A stretch of DNA of 37,879 bases from a virus (Duplodnaviria > Caudoviricetes): IMG/VR virus record IMGVR_UViG_3300019877_000005, positions 1-37,879 of that record. One strand, 5' to 3'. Position numbers and translations under genes: made by a program. The notes beneath the pieces were generated by a model that worked only from the letters and a program-made list of their open reading frames with translations, did no database searches and was not told the DNA's origin. Of the stretch, positions 25,376 through 35,737 are shown piece by piece. Within the stretch, counting starts at the first letter, position 1. Every line of letters starts with the position of its first letter.

Positions 25376-26344
25376 ATGTCCTTCCCAACAGGTATCACAA
25401 ATATAAATAATTTCGCTCCCGAGTTGCCGGTTCAGGCTTCGGAAGACCTATTGTCAACGCCAATGTTTAATTTAATTCATAGCTTTGGCGTAGATTTACA
25501 CCATGCAGAAGCCTATATCGGTAAAACAACTAGAATGTCACGATTTGAGCGTCTATCTACTGATGGCGGTCAACTTGACGGTTCCGGTATCGATCCAGCC
25601 TCTGAAGTACCCGTAAGAACTGATATCGACGCCACAATGGAAATCTATGCGAAATCCATCGTGACAAATGAGCAAGTCGTATTATATGAAAACAGCAAAA
25701 CGCTAACCAAGTTCACAGCTTTGCTTGGACAATGGGTAAGAGAAAAAGAAGATCTCTTGATGAGAGACTTGTTTGCTAGCTCTGTATCCTACATTAATGC
25801 TACAGGTGGAACAAACGGCGATCAGCCAAGTAATATTAGCTTGAATGATGTGAACAACATCGAAACTATATTACTTAACAATGATGCTCGTACAATGCTT
25901 GTAAGCATAGATGCTATGGATAAGTTTTCAACAGGTCCTACAAGAGATGCATTCATTGCTCTTGCATCAACTGCTCTTACAAACGATCTTCAGAAAGTTC
26001 AAGGTGTTATTTTAAAGAATGCTTACCCATCACAAGAAGGTTTAAGACCGGAAGAATATTGTTCAATTTCAAGATTCCGTTTCTTTGTTTCTTCAAAAGG
26101 CGCAAAAACACCTGGTATTTCAACACTAGGCCGCACAGTCTATACGATTCCAATGTATGGTCTTGAAGCTGCTGCTAAGATTGAACAAAACAACTATACC
26201 GCAGTAATCGGCTATCGTCCTCCATGGGTGGTTTCTTCTGTGGCTCAAAATAGCCAACTTTATGCGAAATTTGCAATTGCAAGAGCAATTACGAATCAAA
26301 ACTGGATCTCCGGTTTGAATGTAACTACATTTACCCCATCCTAA
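25376..26344 (+). CDS. Major capsid protein (N4-gp56-like)
   Basis: Size and position; GKTTRMSRFERL, EKEDLLMRD and LYAKF motifs. Confidence 0.8.
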   Translation: MSFPTGITNINNFAPELPVQASEDLLSTPMFNLIHSFGVDLHHAEAYIGKTTRMSRFERLSTDGGQLDGSGIDPASEVPVRTDIDATMEIYAKSIVTNEQVVLYENSKTLTKFTALLGQWVREKEDLLMRDLFASSVSYINATGGTNGDQPSNISLNDVNNIETILLNNDARTMLVSIDAMDKFSTGPTRDAFIALASTALTNDLQKVQGVILKNAYPSQEGLRPEEYCSISRFRFFVSSKGAKTPGISTLGRTVYTIPMYGLEAAAKIEQNNYTAVIGYRPPWVVSSVAQNSQLYAKFAIARAITNQNWISGLNVTTFTPS

Positions 26345-26353
26345 GGAGAACAT

Positions 26354-27376
26354 ATGCCTTTTACTATTTTGACAGGTGATACCTTCTTATCAGATGGTAC
26401 AGCTAAGAAAATATTGATACCCTCAAGCGCAGATTATTTTGTTGCAACTAATGTAACTCAAATGCCTTTAGCTCCTGCTACAGGTGTAGTCATTAGATCT
26501 GAATGGTTCGGCCCTAAATTCGGTGCTGGCGCTACCGCTGCAAATGACGGTATACGTTGGAAAAAAACAAACTCAACAAATGCGTTGTTAATTGATACGT
26601 TTGCAACATCAACGGCATCTAACGGATTTACATATGTCGTAACCAACCCGGTTGTTGAGGCTCAAGCTCCAAATGCTATTACAGCAATTACAGCCGCTTC
26701 ACCTGCCGTTGTTTCTCAAACTAATACATATTCTGATGGGGATATTATTCAATTTTATGGAACAACTGGAATGTTGCAGATCTCTGGAATGAATTTCCAA
26801 ATCTCTACAACTTCAGGCTCAGGTTATACTTTAATTGGTTTAAGAGCTGCTGGTTTTGCAGCCGCTGCAACCGCTGGATTTACAAGACGTATTTCTAAAT
26901 ACTTGGCTGTTGAACCTCAATTTCTGTATATCACAGAGATTACAAAGGCAACTCAAGCTGTTGTTAGAACTTCTGTTGATCCAACGGCCTATTATGTTGT
27001 AGGTATGAAGATTCATTTTAGCATTCCTTATTCTTTTGGTATGATTGAAATGAACCAGCTTACCGGAACAATTGTTGCTGTTAGCGCAGCTAATTACACG
27101 CTTACAGTTGATATTGATTCTACGGCCTTTACAACATTTGCTTTCCCCGCTTCCTCAGCATCGCCAACAGCGCAATTATTTGCCACGTTAGCTCCTGCCG
27201 GTGCTGCTACAAAACGAGATCCTAATACATATGTTCCAACTGGGTATGATTTTCAATTTCAACCTTTTAGAACAGGTCAATTTGTACCTTATTTACTGCT
27301 CTCTGGTGGTGCTCAAAGCCCTGCCGGTGCTGCAAGTGATAGGATCAATTGGATCGCCTATAAGCTGGAAAACTAG
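26354..27376 (+). CDS. Virion decoration protein with two E1-FCCH-like modules
   Basis: ITAITAASPAVV...GMLQISG and ITEITKATQAVV...GMIEMN; AAGGAG RBS. Confidence 0.7.
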   Translation: MPFTILTGDTFLSDGTAKKILIPSSADYFVATNVTQMPLAPATGVVIRSEWFGPKFGAGATAANDGIRWKKTNSTNALLIDTFATSTASNGFTYVVTNPVVEAQAPNAITAITAASPAVVSQTNTYSDGDIIQFYGTTGMLQISGMNFQISTTSGSGYTLIGLRAAGFAAAATAGFTRRISKYLAVEPQFLYITEITKATQAVVRTSVDPTAYYVVGMKIHFSIPYSFGMIEMNQLTGTIVAVSAANYTLTVDIDSTAFTTFAFPASSASPTAQLFATLAPAGAATKRDPNTYVPTGYDFQFQPFRTGQFVPYLLLSGGAQSPAGAASDRINWIAYKLEN

Positions 27377-27397
27377 AGAATTAATAATTTAATTATT

Positions 27398-27426
27398 GGA
27401 AGGGGCTTCGGCTCCTTCCTTTATGT
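27398..27426 (+). terminator. Rho-independent terminator
   Basis: GGAAGGGGC-TTCG-GCTCCTTCC followed by TTTATGT. Confidence 0.8.
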
Positions 27427-27441
27427 AAAGCAGCTTTACAA

Positions 27442-27846
27442 ATGACAATACCAAACGATGCAAACATATATTTACCTGGAACTATTCAAGTACCGTCATC
27501 GATTGTCATTACTGCAATCACACAAAGTAATCCTATGGTGGTTACTATTGATGTTGACCCAGTGTCTGAGTCCAATACATACATAGCAGGGCAATTAGTG
27601 AAATTAACCGTTCCAATAACATATAAAATGTTTCAAGCCGACGGTTTATTGGGTCAAATTTTAGACGTTTCCGGAAGCGATCTAACGCTAGATCTAGACT
27701 CCCGTTTATTCGATCCATTTATCATTCCCGCAGCTGGAAAATTGCAACCGGCAAGCTTAGCCCCTTCAGGTTCTAGGAACCTTCCATTTAATAACGTTAC
27801 AAGTAGCGTCATCCCTTTTCAATCACTTAACAATAGAGGTAACTAA
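27442..27846 (+). CDS. Virion protein with an FCCH-like module
   Basis: ITAITQSNPMVVT...GQLVKL...LTLDLDS. Confidence 0.7.
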   Translation: MTIPNDANIYLPGTIQVPSSIVITAITQSNPMVVTIDVDPVSESNTYIAGQLVKLTVPITYKMFQADGLLGQILDVSGSDLTLDLDSRLFDPFIIPAAGKLQPASLAPSGSRNLPFNNVTSSVIPFQSLNNRGN

Positions 27847-28271
27847 TGCAATTAACAATGTATACAGCAACAGGCGAAGCGCATGGGTTAGTCAACACTT
27901 TGACAAATTCATGTGAATTCAATGATTTCAAACATATGACACCGCAAACTAAAGCTAAGCTTGAAAAAGAAAAGAAAGAAGATTCAAGGATCGTAAAAGC
28001 AGAATACATCAATCGCACAGGCAAACATGAGCGCTTAACAAAGCCATATTGCCGTTACGCAGGAGATGCAATTCAACTTTATAATTTTATCCCGGGCAGA
28101 ACCTATGAAGTACCTTATGGCCTTATTAAAGAAGTTAACCAAGTTAAGATGCCGAAGCGTTCTGGATTACTTGAAGTCGATGGAGAAAAAGTAAGAAAAG
28201 ATGGTGCACCTTTGGATAAAGATGAGGAAGGGGACTGGATTCACAAGTTCATTTCTGTTGAATTCAAATAA
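27846..28271 (+). CDS. Hypothetical protein (141 aa)
   Basis: TAATG coupling; GAGGT RBS. Confidence 0.7.
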   Translation: MQLTMYTATGEAHGLVNTLTNSCEFNDFKHMTPQTKAKLEKEKKEDSRIVKAEYINRTGKHERLTKPYCRYAGDAIQLYNFIPGRTYEVPYGLIKEVNQVKMPKRSGLLEVDGEKVRKDGAPLDKDEEGDWIHKFISVEFK

Positions 28272-28280
28272 GGATTAATA

Positions 28281-29567
28281 ATGACTATAACCGCTGTTGC
28301 CCCTTCAGATTCTACGGTAGCCTTTATAAGAAAGGTTGTAAGACGGCTTACAGCTTCACCCGGCGAAGCATCTTTGACAACAGCGGATTTAGATCAAATT
28401 CTAAATTATGTTTACAGCAATGACTTTCCTTATGCCATTAAAATAGATCAGACGCGCTCAATTTATACATTCTTTACGGAACCTTATCGAGATCGTTACC
28501 CTTTAGATGTGAACTTTAATCAGGGTGTAAGAGCACCTTTATATGTTGATGGTATTTTAGGTTCATTTTTTAAAGACCGAACGCAATTTTTCAATATATG
28601 GCCTAAATGGCCAACCAAATTCACGCAAGGTAATGACACAATTACAGGAACTATAACAGGAATTGCCCAACCAACCAACCCAACACAGATAACAAGTGTA
28701 GCACATAATCTAACTACGGGGGCGGTTATCTTGATTGAAAATGTTGGAGGAATGACACAACTTAACGGAAATAATTATAGTATTACTGTCATAGATCCTA
28801 ATACATTTAGTTTAGATGGTATTGATAATACGGCTTTTGGTGCTTATACTTCAGGGGGCACATGGTCTACTATTAATCAAACATTCTCTTTTGTAATTCC
28901 AGGGCCATTTTTAAGCAGAGAAGTAATTATAGGTGGCGTTGATACGGGTGGAAATCCAATTAGCATCAATGATGATGGGGATGGAAATCTGATCTATATG
29001 ACTACAAATCCGGTGGTTTCCGTGCCTTTGGCAACAACAAACCCGGCTGTACCCGGCATGTATAATATTAATACATCAAATCCCGGGTTGATAAATCCAA
29101 CCACGATTGGAACCGTAGATTATGTTACAGGTCAAATAAATTTCATTCTTCCTACGGGCGTTTCATTAGCTCAAGGGACATTATTAACAATAAGGGTAAG
29201 TCAATATCAAAACGGCCGTCCCCATAGCCTTCTATTCTGGAATAATGAGTTTACAATACGTCCTATTCCAAAACATATCCATAAAGTTGAGATCGAAACA
29301 TATCTTACGCCTGTTCAGTTCATGTTAAGCAATGATCTTCCCATCCTTAACCAATGGGCTTTATACCTAGCCTATTTAACAGCACAAGAGATCCTACGTC
29401 AACGCAATGACTTCGATGGCGTGTCAGCCTTGGAAGAAGGTAGAATGCGTCAGGAAGGACTTGTATTGGAGAGACAAGGTATAGAGGAGATTGGACAACC
29501 TAACTTTCAGCTATTCAACTCGACTCAAGGATATAGCGTTTACGGTGGGTGGGGTGGTTATCCATGA
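28281..29567 (+). CDS. Head-tail adaptor / tail tubular A-like protein with an inserted FCCH-like module
   Basis: IRKVVRRLT N-terminal helix; IRPIP and helical C-terminus; GMTQLNG...IDNTAFGAYTSGG insert. Confidence 0.7.
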   Translation: MTITAVAPSDSTVAFIRKVVRRLTASPGEASLTTADLDQILNYVYSNDFPYAIKIDQTRSIYTFFTEPYRDRYPLDVNFNQGVRAPLYVDGILGSFFKDRTQFFNIWPKWPTKFTQGNDTITGTITGIAQPTNPTQITSVAHNLTTGAVILIENVGGMTQLNGNNYSITVIDPNTFSLDGIDNTAFGAYTSGGTWSTINQTFSFVIPGPFLSREVIIGGVDTGGNPISINDDGDGNLIYMTTNPVVSVPLATTNPAVPGMYNINTSNPGLINPTTIGTVDYVTGQINFILPTGVSLAQGTLLTIRVSQYQNGRPHSLLFWNNEFTIRPIPKHIHKVEIETYLTPVQFMLSNDLPILNQWALYLAYLTAQEILRQRNDFDGVSALEEGRMRQEGLVLERQGIEEIGQPNFQLFNSTQGYSVYGGWGGYP

Positions 29568-31921
29568 GTTATCAGCCAATCTACATTTCTGGAATGGAAA
29601 CAGGACTTGTTCAAAATAGGGTTGAATCGATCTTACCAAATGATGCTTATCCTGTTTTAGAAAATGCTTTTATTTACCGCGAAACCATTAAAAGACGTGA
29701 GGGTTTGCAATTACTTGGCAGGCTTCGACGTGTTTTAACAGCAGCTAGCTTAGGAAATTTCACAACCATTATAGGCACTAATACTTTAGACATTTTCACA
29801 GTCCTAGGCGTTAATATAACGCAACCTAATGCCGAAATAGAATTAGGTAATATAACTTCAATCACAATTACCTTTGGCGCCCCTATTTCGCAGACTCTTA
29901 CAGATACAGCGGGAACAGGTGTGTTTGTGGTCACCGGAGCCGGCCCGATAACCTCAGCAACCATAATATATTCTACAGGGATTGTCAGTATAACATCCAG
30001 CGCAGCAGTGGGGCCGGCAGCTGTAACAATAACAGCAGCTTATTTTCCTGGATTACCCGTCATGGGGATCCGATCTAAAGAAGTAACTAATATAAACGAC
30101 GAGCTGATGGTCGTTTGGGATCAAGTTTATGCGTATATATATAATAATATATTCATAGAATGGATTCCTGGAACTACTTGGACAGGGACAGATCATGATT
30201 TCTTTTGGACTACAAATTACTGGGTAACACCTGCGCCGGCTAATTTAAAATTATTTTGGGCTACAAACTTTTCAGGTATTTTAGGGGATCCCATTAGATA
30301 TACAGAAGGTAGCGTGTGGATTGACTTTGCACCGACAATAAACGCAGCCGGAGATAAATTAAATCAATGCCTCGCCATACTTCCTTTTAGAGGTAGGCTA
30401 ATGGTATTTAATACATATGAAGGCCCTAATCTAGCTAATTCAGTGCAATACCGTCAAAGAATTAGATGGGCTGCAATTGGAAATCCTATTTCCGATATTA
30501 GTGCTTTGTTTCCTGTAGCAGGAGACATAAGCGCTGACGCTTGGAAAGATGATATTAGGGGTAAGGGGGGATTCCTTGACATACCTACAGCGGAAGATAT
30601 AACCGCAGTTGGTTTTGTAAGAGATAATCTTGTCATTTACTGTGAAAGAAGTACATGGCAACTTAGATATACCGGAAGATCAATTGCCCCATTTCAGATA
30701 GAAAAAGTTAATAGTGAGTTAGGAGCTGAAAGCACTTTCTCTGCGGTTCAATTTGATACCTCACTTGTTGGTATCGGTGATAAAGGTATAGTTGAATGCG
30801 ATAGTTTTAAAAGTGAAAGAATTGATATTAAGATCCCTGATTTAGTTTATCGTTTTACCAACGAAAACTTTGGCCCCGAGCGCGTGGCTGGAATTAGAGA
30901 TATTCAACAACGACTAGCCTACTGGATATACCCCTATGAACCTGTGCAAGTCGAGGGTATAAACAACACATATCCCAACCGACGGTTAGTCTATAACTAT
31001 GAAAACGATTCATGGGCTATATTTACAGATTCTTTGACAGCTTTAGGAACTTTTCAACAAAAAGAAATTATTACATGGAATCAATTTGCAATTAAAGAGC
31101 CTGCTAATAGATGGCAAGCCCAGAACTATCCCTGGTTAGGAACACCTAAATTATTTCCATCTATCATGGGAGGAAATCAACAAGGCTTTGTGATGTATCT
31201 TTCCGGTAACATGGAAAAAGCTGCAACAAATGAAGTTAGCTTATCTATTACAGATATCGGCGCCGGGGGAGTAACTGCCGTTCAAAGCCCAAATCATAAT
31301 CTTGAGGAAGGAACCATCATAGGAATATATGGAATCCCTGCAGGAACTCCATTTGATAATTTAAATGATGGGGTATTCTACGTAAATGTTCAAACAAAAG
31401 ATGTTTTTTTCTTATATAAATATAACCCAATTTCAGGAGAATTTAGCGATCCTCAACTAGACACTTCGGGTGTTTATGTAGGGGGAGGGATGATCGCAAT
31501 TCGTACTAATTTTAATGTAACTAGTAAGAAATTCAACTTTGCTGATCAAGGGCAAAACATTCAAATGGGTTTCTTGGATGTGCTATTAAACAATACATCT
31601 AATGGAGCGATCTCGCTTAATGTCTATCAAGATTATAATGACGATAGTCCTATCAATATCCTTCCTCAAAATCTAGATCTTTTGACGAATCAGCCCGACC
31701 CATTTTTCAATACAATTGTTCCGACCTCACAAAATGGGGGTATTCAATCCTCTAAAAACTGGCAGCGCGTGTTTTGTGCTGTAAGAGGGGGATTTTTAAC
31801 TTTGCAATGGACATTCTCAAATGCTCAAATGAACGGTGTTGAACAAGAAAATGACGTGAAAATAGAATTACAAATACTCTGGCTTCGAAAAGCCGGTAAA
31901 CAATTACCTGTAGGATTTTGA
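29564..31921 (+). CDS. Tail nozzle / tubular B / P22 gp10-like stabilisation protein
   Basis: About 785 aa; LENA...IKRREG start; FRGRLMV...RIRWAAIGNP propeller motifs; ATGA coupling. Confidence 0.75.
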   Translation: MSYQPIYISGMETGLVQNRVESILPNDAYPVLENAFIYRETIKRREGLQLLGRLRRVLTAASLGNFTTIIGTNTLDIFTVLGVNITQPNAEIELGNITSITITFGAPISQTLTDTAGTGVFVVTGAGPITSATIIYSTGIVSITSSAAVGPAAVTITAAYFPGLPVMGIRSKEVTNINDELMVVWDQVYAYIYNNIFIEWIPGTTWTGTDHDFFWTTNYWVTPAPANLKLFWATNFSGILGDPIRYTEGSVWIDFAPTINAAGDKLNQCLAILPFRGRLMVFNTYEGPNLANSVQYRQRIRWAAIGNPISDISALFPVAGDISADAWKDDIRGKGGFLDIPTAEDITAVGFVRDNLVIYCERSTWQLRYTGRSIAPFQIEKVNSELGAESTFSAVQFDTSLVGIGDKGIVECDSFKSERIDIKIPDLVYRFTNENFGPERVAGIRDIQQRLAYWIYPYEPVQVEGINNTYPNRRLVYNYENDSWAIFTDSLTALGTFQQKEIITWNQFAIKEPANRWQAQNYPWLGTPKLFPSIMGGNQQGFVMYLSGNMEKAATNEVSLSITDIGAGGVTAVQSPNHNLEEGTIIGIYGIPAGTPFDNLNDGVFYVNVQTKDVFFLYKYNPISGEFSDPQLDTSGVYVGGGMIAIRTNFNVTSKKFNFADQGQNIQMGFLDVLLNNTSNGAISLNVYQDYNDDSPINILPQNLDLLTNQPDPFFNTIVPTSQNGGIQSSKNWQRVFCAVRGGFLTLQWTFSNAQMNGVEQENDVKIELQILWLRKAGKQLPVGF

Positions 31922-31922
31922 T

Positions 31923-32570
31923 ATGCCGTACCTCCCAAATATTCCTCAACCAACAGATAATATAAGCGATAGCCAAGGACAGATTTTAGGAAACTTCCAA
32001 CAACTACAAACCTCGTTTTCTGTAAATCATGTCCCTTTAACAACCGCATCTAACAACGGCAAGCATACTTTCATTGAAATGCCCACGTTAGGATCAGATC
32101 CCACTTTGCCGCCGGGTTTACTAAGCGGAGAAGGAACCCTATTTGTAAACACTAAAAGCTCAGTAAGAGAGCTTTATTATACTCCGGATGTTTCTGGAAA
32201 TTCGTATAGGTTAACAGCTACATCGACTCTACATTTTCCAACTTTTTCAACCAGCACGAATTATCCTTCAGCAACTTCACTCACGCAGTTTGGAGGATGG
32301 ACATTCTTAGGGGGTGGCATGCTTCTTCAATATGGGTTTGAAAAATTGCCTGGCTCATCTAGTCCCACTGGAACATTACCTTTCCCGAGGTCTTTTTCAG
32401 GCGCTCCTTTTTCTGTTCAGTTGACTCTAAATGCAACTAATTCAGCAACTGCAAACGAAAACACAATTTTTGTAGTAGGATCACCGTCCAGTTCATCCTT
32501 TGTATGGGGATTTACTGGAAGTACGTCGTATAACTTTTTTTATTGGATGGCGATAGGAAGATCACCATGA
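31923..32570 (+). CDS. Minor tail protein with gp53-like C-terminal domain
   Basis: WTFLGGGMLLQYG...FPRSF...YWMAIG. Confidence 0.7.
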   Translation: MPYLPNIPQPTDNISDSQGQILGNFQQLQTSFSVNHVPLTTASNNGKHTFIEMPTLGSDPTLPPGLLSGEGTLFVNTKSSVRELYYTPDVSGNSYRLTATSTLHFPTFSTSTNYPSATSLTQFGGWTFLGGGMLLQYGFEKLPGSSSPTGTLPFPRSFSGAPFSVQLTLNATNSATANENTIFVVGSPSSSSFVWGFTGSTSYNFFYWMAIGRSP

Positions 32571-33043
32571 ACGATCAGCAGTTTGAAAGCTATTTACCCA
32601 TTTATGATGCTATTCCTGATGAGTGGGAAAAGGCTAGAGAATTTATTGTCGAACATTTAAAGAAGATTTCAAACGCTGTAAATGTGAGAGAAATAGGATT
32701 TTTATTAGATGAGGAGCTATTAAGTGGAAAGCAATTTATTCCTACTGTTGCTATGTCTGGTTCTAATTCTTCTAACTCTCAGCAATTTAGATCCGTTTTA
32801 AGAAAGGTTATAGATTGCTCTCCGTTGATAGCAGGAGCTAATATATTTCCTCACGGAATAACGTTTGATATTAACTTTACTTTAATAGACTTGTGGGTTT
32901 CAGCAACAAACTCGACAACATTTATAGCTATAACGATGTCTGATCCCACAAATGTTACAATGGATGCAACTAACATTAATATAACTTCTCCGGGGGCTTT
33001 TGATAGAGCATTTGCCTTCGTCGAGTACACGCAGGAGATTTAA
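32567..33043 (+). CDS. Virion protein (about 158 aa)
   Basis: ATGA coupling; C-terminal beta module ending VEYT. Confidence 0.65.
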   Translation: MNDQQFESYLPIYDAIPDEWEKAREFIVEHLKKISNAVNVREIGFLLDEELLSGKQFIPTVAMSGSNSSNSQQFRSVLRKVIDCSPLIAGANIFPHGITFDINFTLIDLWVSATNSTTFIAITMSDPTNVTMDATNINITSPGAFDRAFAFVEYTQEI

Positions 33044-33045
33044 TC

Positions 33046-33735
33046 ATGGTATGGGTTCCAATTGTTGCGGCAGCTATTTCAGCTGCTGGGGCATATGCTG
33101 CTAGTAAATCTGGTGAGGGTAGCGAAGGTAAACACGAACAAAAGCCTTTATATTCTAAAGAACAACAACCTCTATTTCAACAGGCTATCAATGCAGCTAC
33201 TGGAAAAGGTGGTGGTGGAGCATTTGGAAATGCCGCCGATTATTACCGCGATTTAATGAGTGATAATCCTCAGGATTTACAAGCTTTTCAAGCACCTGAA
33301 ATGAGGCGTTTTAGAGAAGAAACTATTCCTGGAATAAGCGAACAATTTGCGGGCATGGGATCCGGGGGTCTTTCAAGCTCTGGCTTTAGAAATGCTGCTG
33401 TCGGCGCTGGAACAGATCTATCCGAAAGACTCGGTCAAATTAGAGCTAATCTAAGGATGCAAGGCGCGCAAGGGTTGATGAATATAGGAAATACAGGTTT
33501 AAGCAGGCAAACAGAAAACGTTTATTACAACCCTACACCAGGTTTTGCCGATACCGCCTCAAAAGGATTCGGAAATGTAGCCACTCAGGCAGCAGGACAA
33601 TATTACCAAGATTATTTGGATAAAAACAGAAATGCAACATCAACGAAAGGGACATCTAGCCCTTATGGAGGAGGTCAGGGAGCATCTCAGTCTAGATCTA
33701 AACTACCTGATTTTAACCCGAATTTGAGGCAATAA
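33046..33735 (+). CDS. Putative DNA ejection/pilot protein
   Basis: A/G-rich hydrophobic N-terminus; GMGSGGLSSSGF; position after tail genes. Confidence 0.65.
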   Translation: MVWVPIVAAAISAAGAYAASKSGEGSEGKHEQKPLYSKEQQPLFQQAINAATGKGGGGAFGNAADYYRDLMSDNPQDLQAFQAPEMRRFREETIPGISEQFAGMGSGGLSSSGFRNAAVGAGTDLSERLGQIRANLRMQGAQGLMNIGNTGLSRQTENVYYNPTPGFADTASKGFGNVATQAAGQYYQDYLDKNRNATSTKGTSSPYGGGQGASQSRSKLPDFNPNLRQ

Positions 33736-33736
33736 G

Positions 33737-35002
33737 ATGGTACAAGTTTTAAATCAAAAAGGTAGCTTAGCCGGAAGAATAGGAGCAGGTTTCGGAGAAG
33801 GTTTTTCCGAACAGGCCCCTAAAGAGTTTGAACGCTATAGAATGGCTCAAGGACTTGAAAAATTTCAAAATCAATCAGGTGGACGCTCGCCTATTCAAAA
33901 TCTAGCTGCGATTTCCTCTATTCCGGGTGTAACACCTCAAATGATTCAATCATTCGGAGAATTATCAAAACAACAAGCTCAGGCTAATGCTTTAGCAAAT
34001 AGAAAGGAATTAGAAAACCGTCCTCCACCTTCTCCATTTCCTGATAGAAAAAGAGGGGGACAGCCAGGAAGCGATATCCCTTCTATAACGCAACCTAAGC
34101 CTTTAGAACAAATTCAAGAAGGTTATATACCACCCACATATGAGCAAAAGCTTGATAGAGCCGGAGAATTGTATAACGCAAACCCTGGATTATATCAAAA
34201 CAATCCACAGTTAGCAATTGATGCGGTTGATCAAGAAGAAACTCAAAAGAAAGCGATCACAGAAGCATATGAAAAAAAACATCAAAACTTAACAGACATA
34301 CAAGATAACGTTGTAAATAGATTGAAAGCGCATTCCGAAAGGTTAGGGGTTAATAAAGTCCCTGCAAATGTTTATAGCAAAGTCGAAGATGAAGCCATTA
34401 AAGCCACAAAACCTAAAAAAGATGGTGGTGGTGGATTAACAGAACAGCAAGCAATGAAAAAATATGGTGATAAGCTAGATGAAATAAATAGGCAATATGA
34501 AGCTGTTGATACGATTGGAAATTGGGGAATGACAGCAAGGAAACCATCAAGCACATTACGAAACATTGAATCTTTACAAAAAGATTTCAAGAAAAGGGAT
34601 GATACAGAAAATTTTGCTGATACGTTAATTGACTCTTCGGGCTTATCACCTCTTATGGCTTATTCCATGGCAGATCCTGTTAAAGAATATAAACAATTAA
34701 ATAGCTATATATCTAAATTACCCAGAATTAATGATACTAAATCGGAAGATCCCGCATATGAAACAGAAAAAATATCAGAGAATTTATTTAATATGATGGG
34801 AGAGGGAAGCCCTCTTGCTATAGCTTATGAATTAAAAAGATTGGGATATGACCCTAATACATGGTTAGATTATGTAACCAAGAATAAAGATAAGTTGAAA
34901 GTAAAACAAGGTCGTCAAGTTGATAAACCTGTTAATGTTTTTGGCACTCTTAATGATTGGTGGCTTAGTTCATGGTCAGGAATAGAAAAGGAAGGTAAAT
35001 AA
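33737..35002 (+). CDS. Putative DNA ejection/internal virion protein (421 aa)
   Basis: GRIGAGFGEG N-terminus; helical and Q-rich. Confidence 0.6.
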   Translation: MVQVLNQKGSLAGRIGAGFGEGFSEQAPKEFERYRMAQGLEKFQNQSGGRSPIQNLAAISSIPGVTPQMIQSFGELSKQQAQANALANRKELENRPPPSPFPDRKRGGQPGSDIPSITQPKPLEQIQEGYIPPTYEQKLDRAGELYNANPGLYQNNPQLAIDAVDQEETQKKAITEAYEKKHQNLTDIQDNVVNRLKAHSERLGVNKVPANVYSKVEDEAIKATKPKKDGGGGLTEQQAMKKYGDKLDEINRQYEAVDTIGNWGMTARKPSSTLRNIESLQKDFKKRDDTENFADTLIDSSGLSPLMAYSMADPVKEYKQLNSYISKLPRINDTKSEDPAYETEKISENLFNMMGEGSPLAIAYELKRLGYDPNTWLDYVTKNKDKLKVKQGRQVDKPVNVFGTLNDWWLSSWSGIEKEGK

Positions 35003-35736
35003 TGCAGCCTTATCAAAAAGCCTCACAGGAAATACAAAGACAAGGTGAAGTGCCTATAAAAGCTATAAAAACGGGCGCATCTCTCGGAGCTAGTTTATAT
35101 GGTGGTGGATTGGCAGCTAGTAAAGTTTTGCCATTCCTTAGCAAATATATTCCAGCGGACTTAGCTATAAAAGGATTAACTAAAATTGATCCGCGTTTTG
35201 GCATTTTTATTAATACAGCTTTGAAAAAAGGCAAGTCCTTTGATGAAATAAAACAGTTTATACAAGGCGAAGTGGAAAAAGGACAGCAACAAGAATCTGA
35301 AACAGAGCCAAACTTGTCGCCTTCTGGTTTTCCAATTAAAGAAAAAAACCAACAACAAACAAATCCTAAAAAACAAAATGCTAAAGATCAACGTAATATT
35401 ATAGAGCAATATTCACCTGAATTGCATCAAATGCTTAGTAAGCATGTAACCGCAGGTAGGTCGCCCACTGAAGCAGCGGCGTTAGCAGCGAATGAAGGGA
35501 AAGGACAGAAAAGCTTTAAAGCTATCATTAAAAAAATACAAGAAGATCACAAAACACCATTTGAGTCTATTGTTGAATCCATTTATGGCGGAGGCCAATA
35601 CGGTGGCTCTGTAAATCCCCCTCAACAAAATCAACAACCACAACAGCCACAGCAACAAGGTCAACAACAGGCTGGATCAGGTCAGCAAGCATTAATGAGT
35701 ATTTTACAGAAAATTGACCAACGCTTAGGAAAATAA
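35002..35736 (+). CDS. Putative internal virion protein (244 aa, Q-rich)
   Basis: TAATG coupling; G/A hydrophobic stretch. Confidence 0.6.
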   Translation: MQPYQKASQEIQRQGEVPIKAIKTGASLGASLYGGGLAASKVLPFLSKYIPADLAIKGLTKIDPRFGIFINTALKKGKSFDEIKQFIQGEVEKGQQQESETEPNLSPSGFPIKEKNQQQTNPKKQNAKDQRNIIEQYSPELHQMLSKHVTAGRSPTEAAALAANEGKGQKSFKAIIKKIQEDHKTPFESIVESIYGGGQYGGSVNPPQQNQQPQQPQQQGQQQAGSGQQALMSILQKIDQRLGK

Positions 35737-35737
35737 T

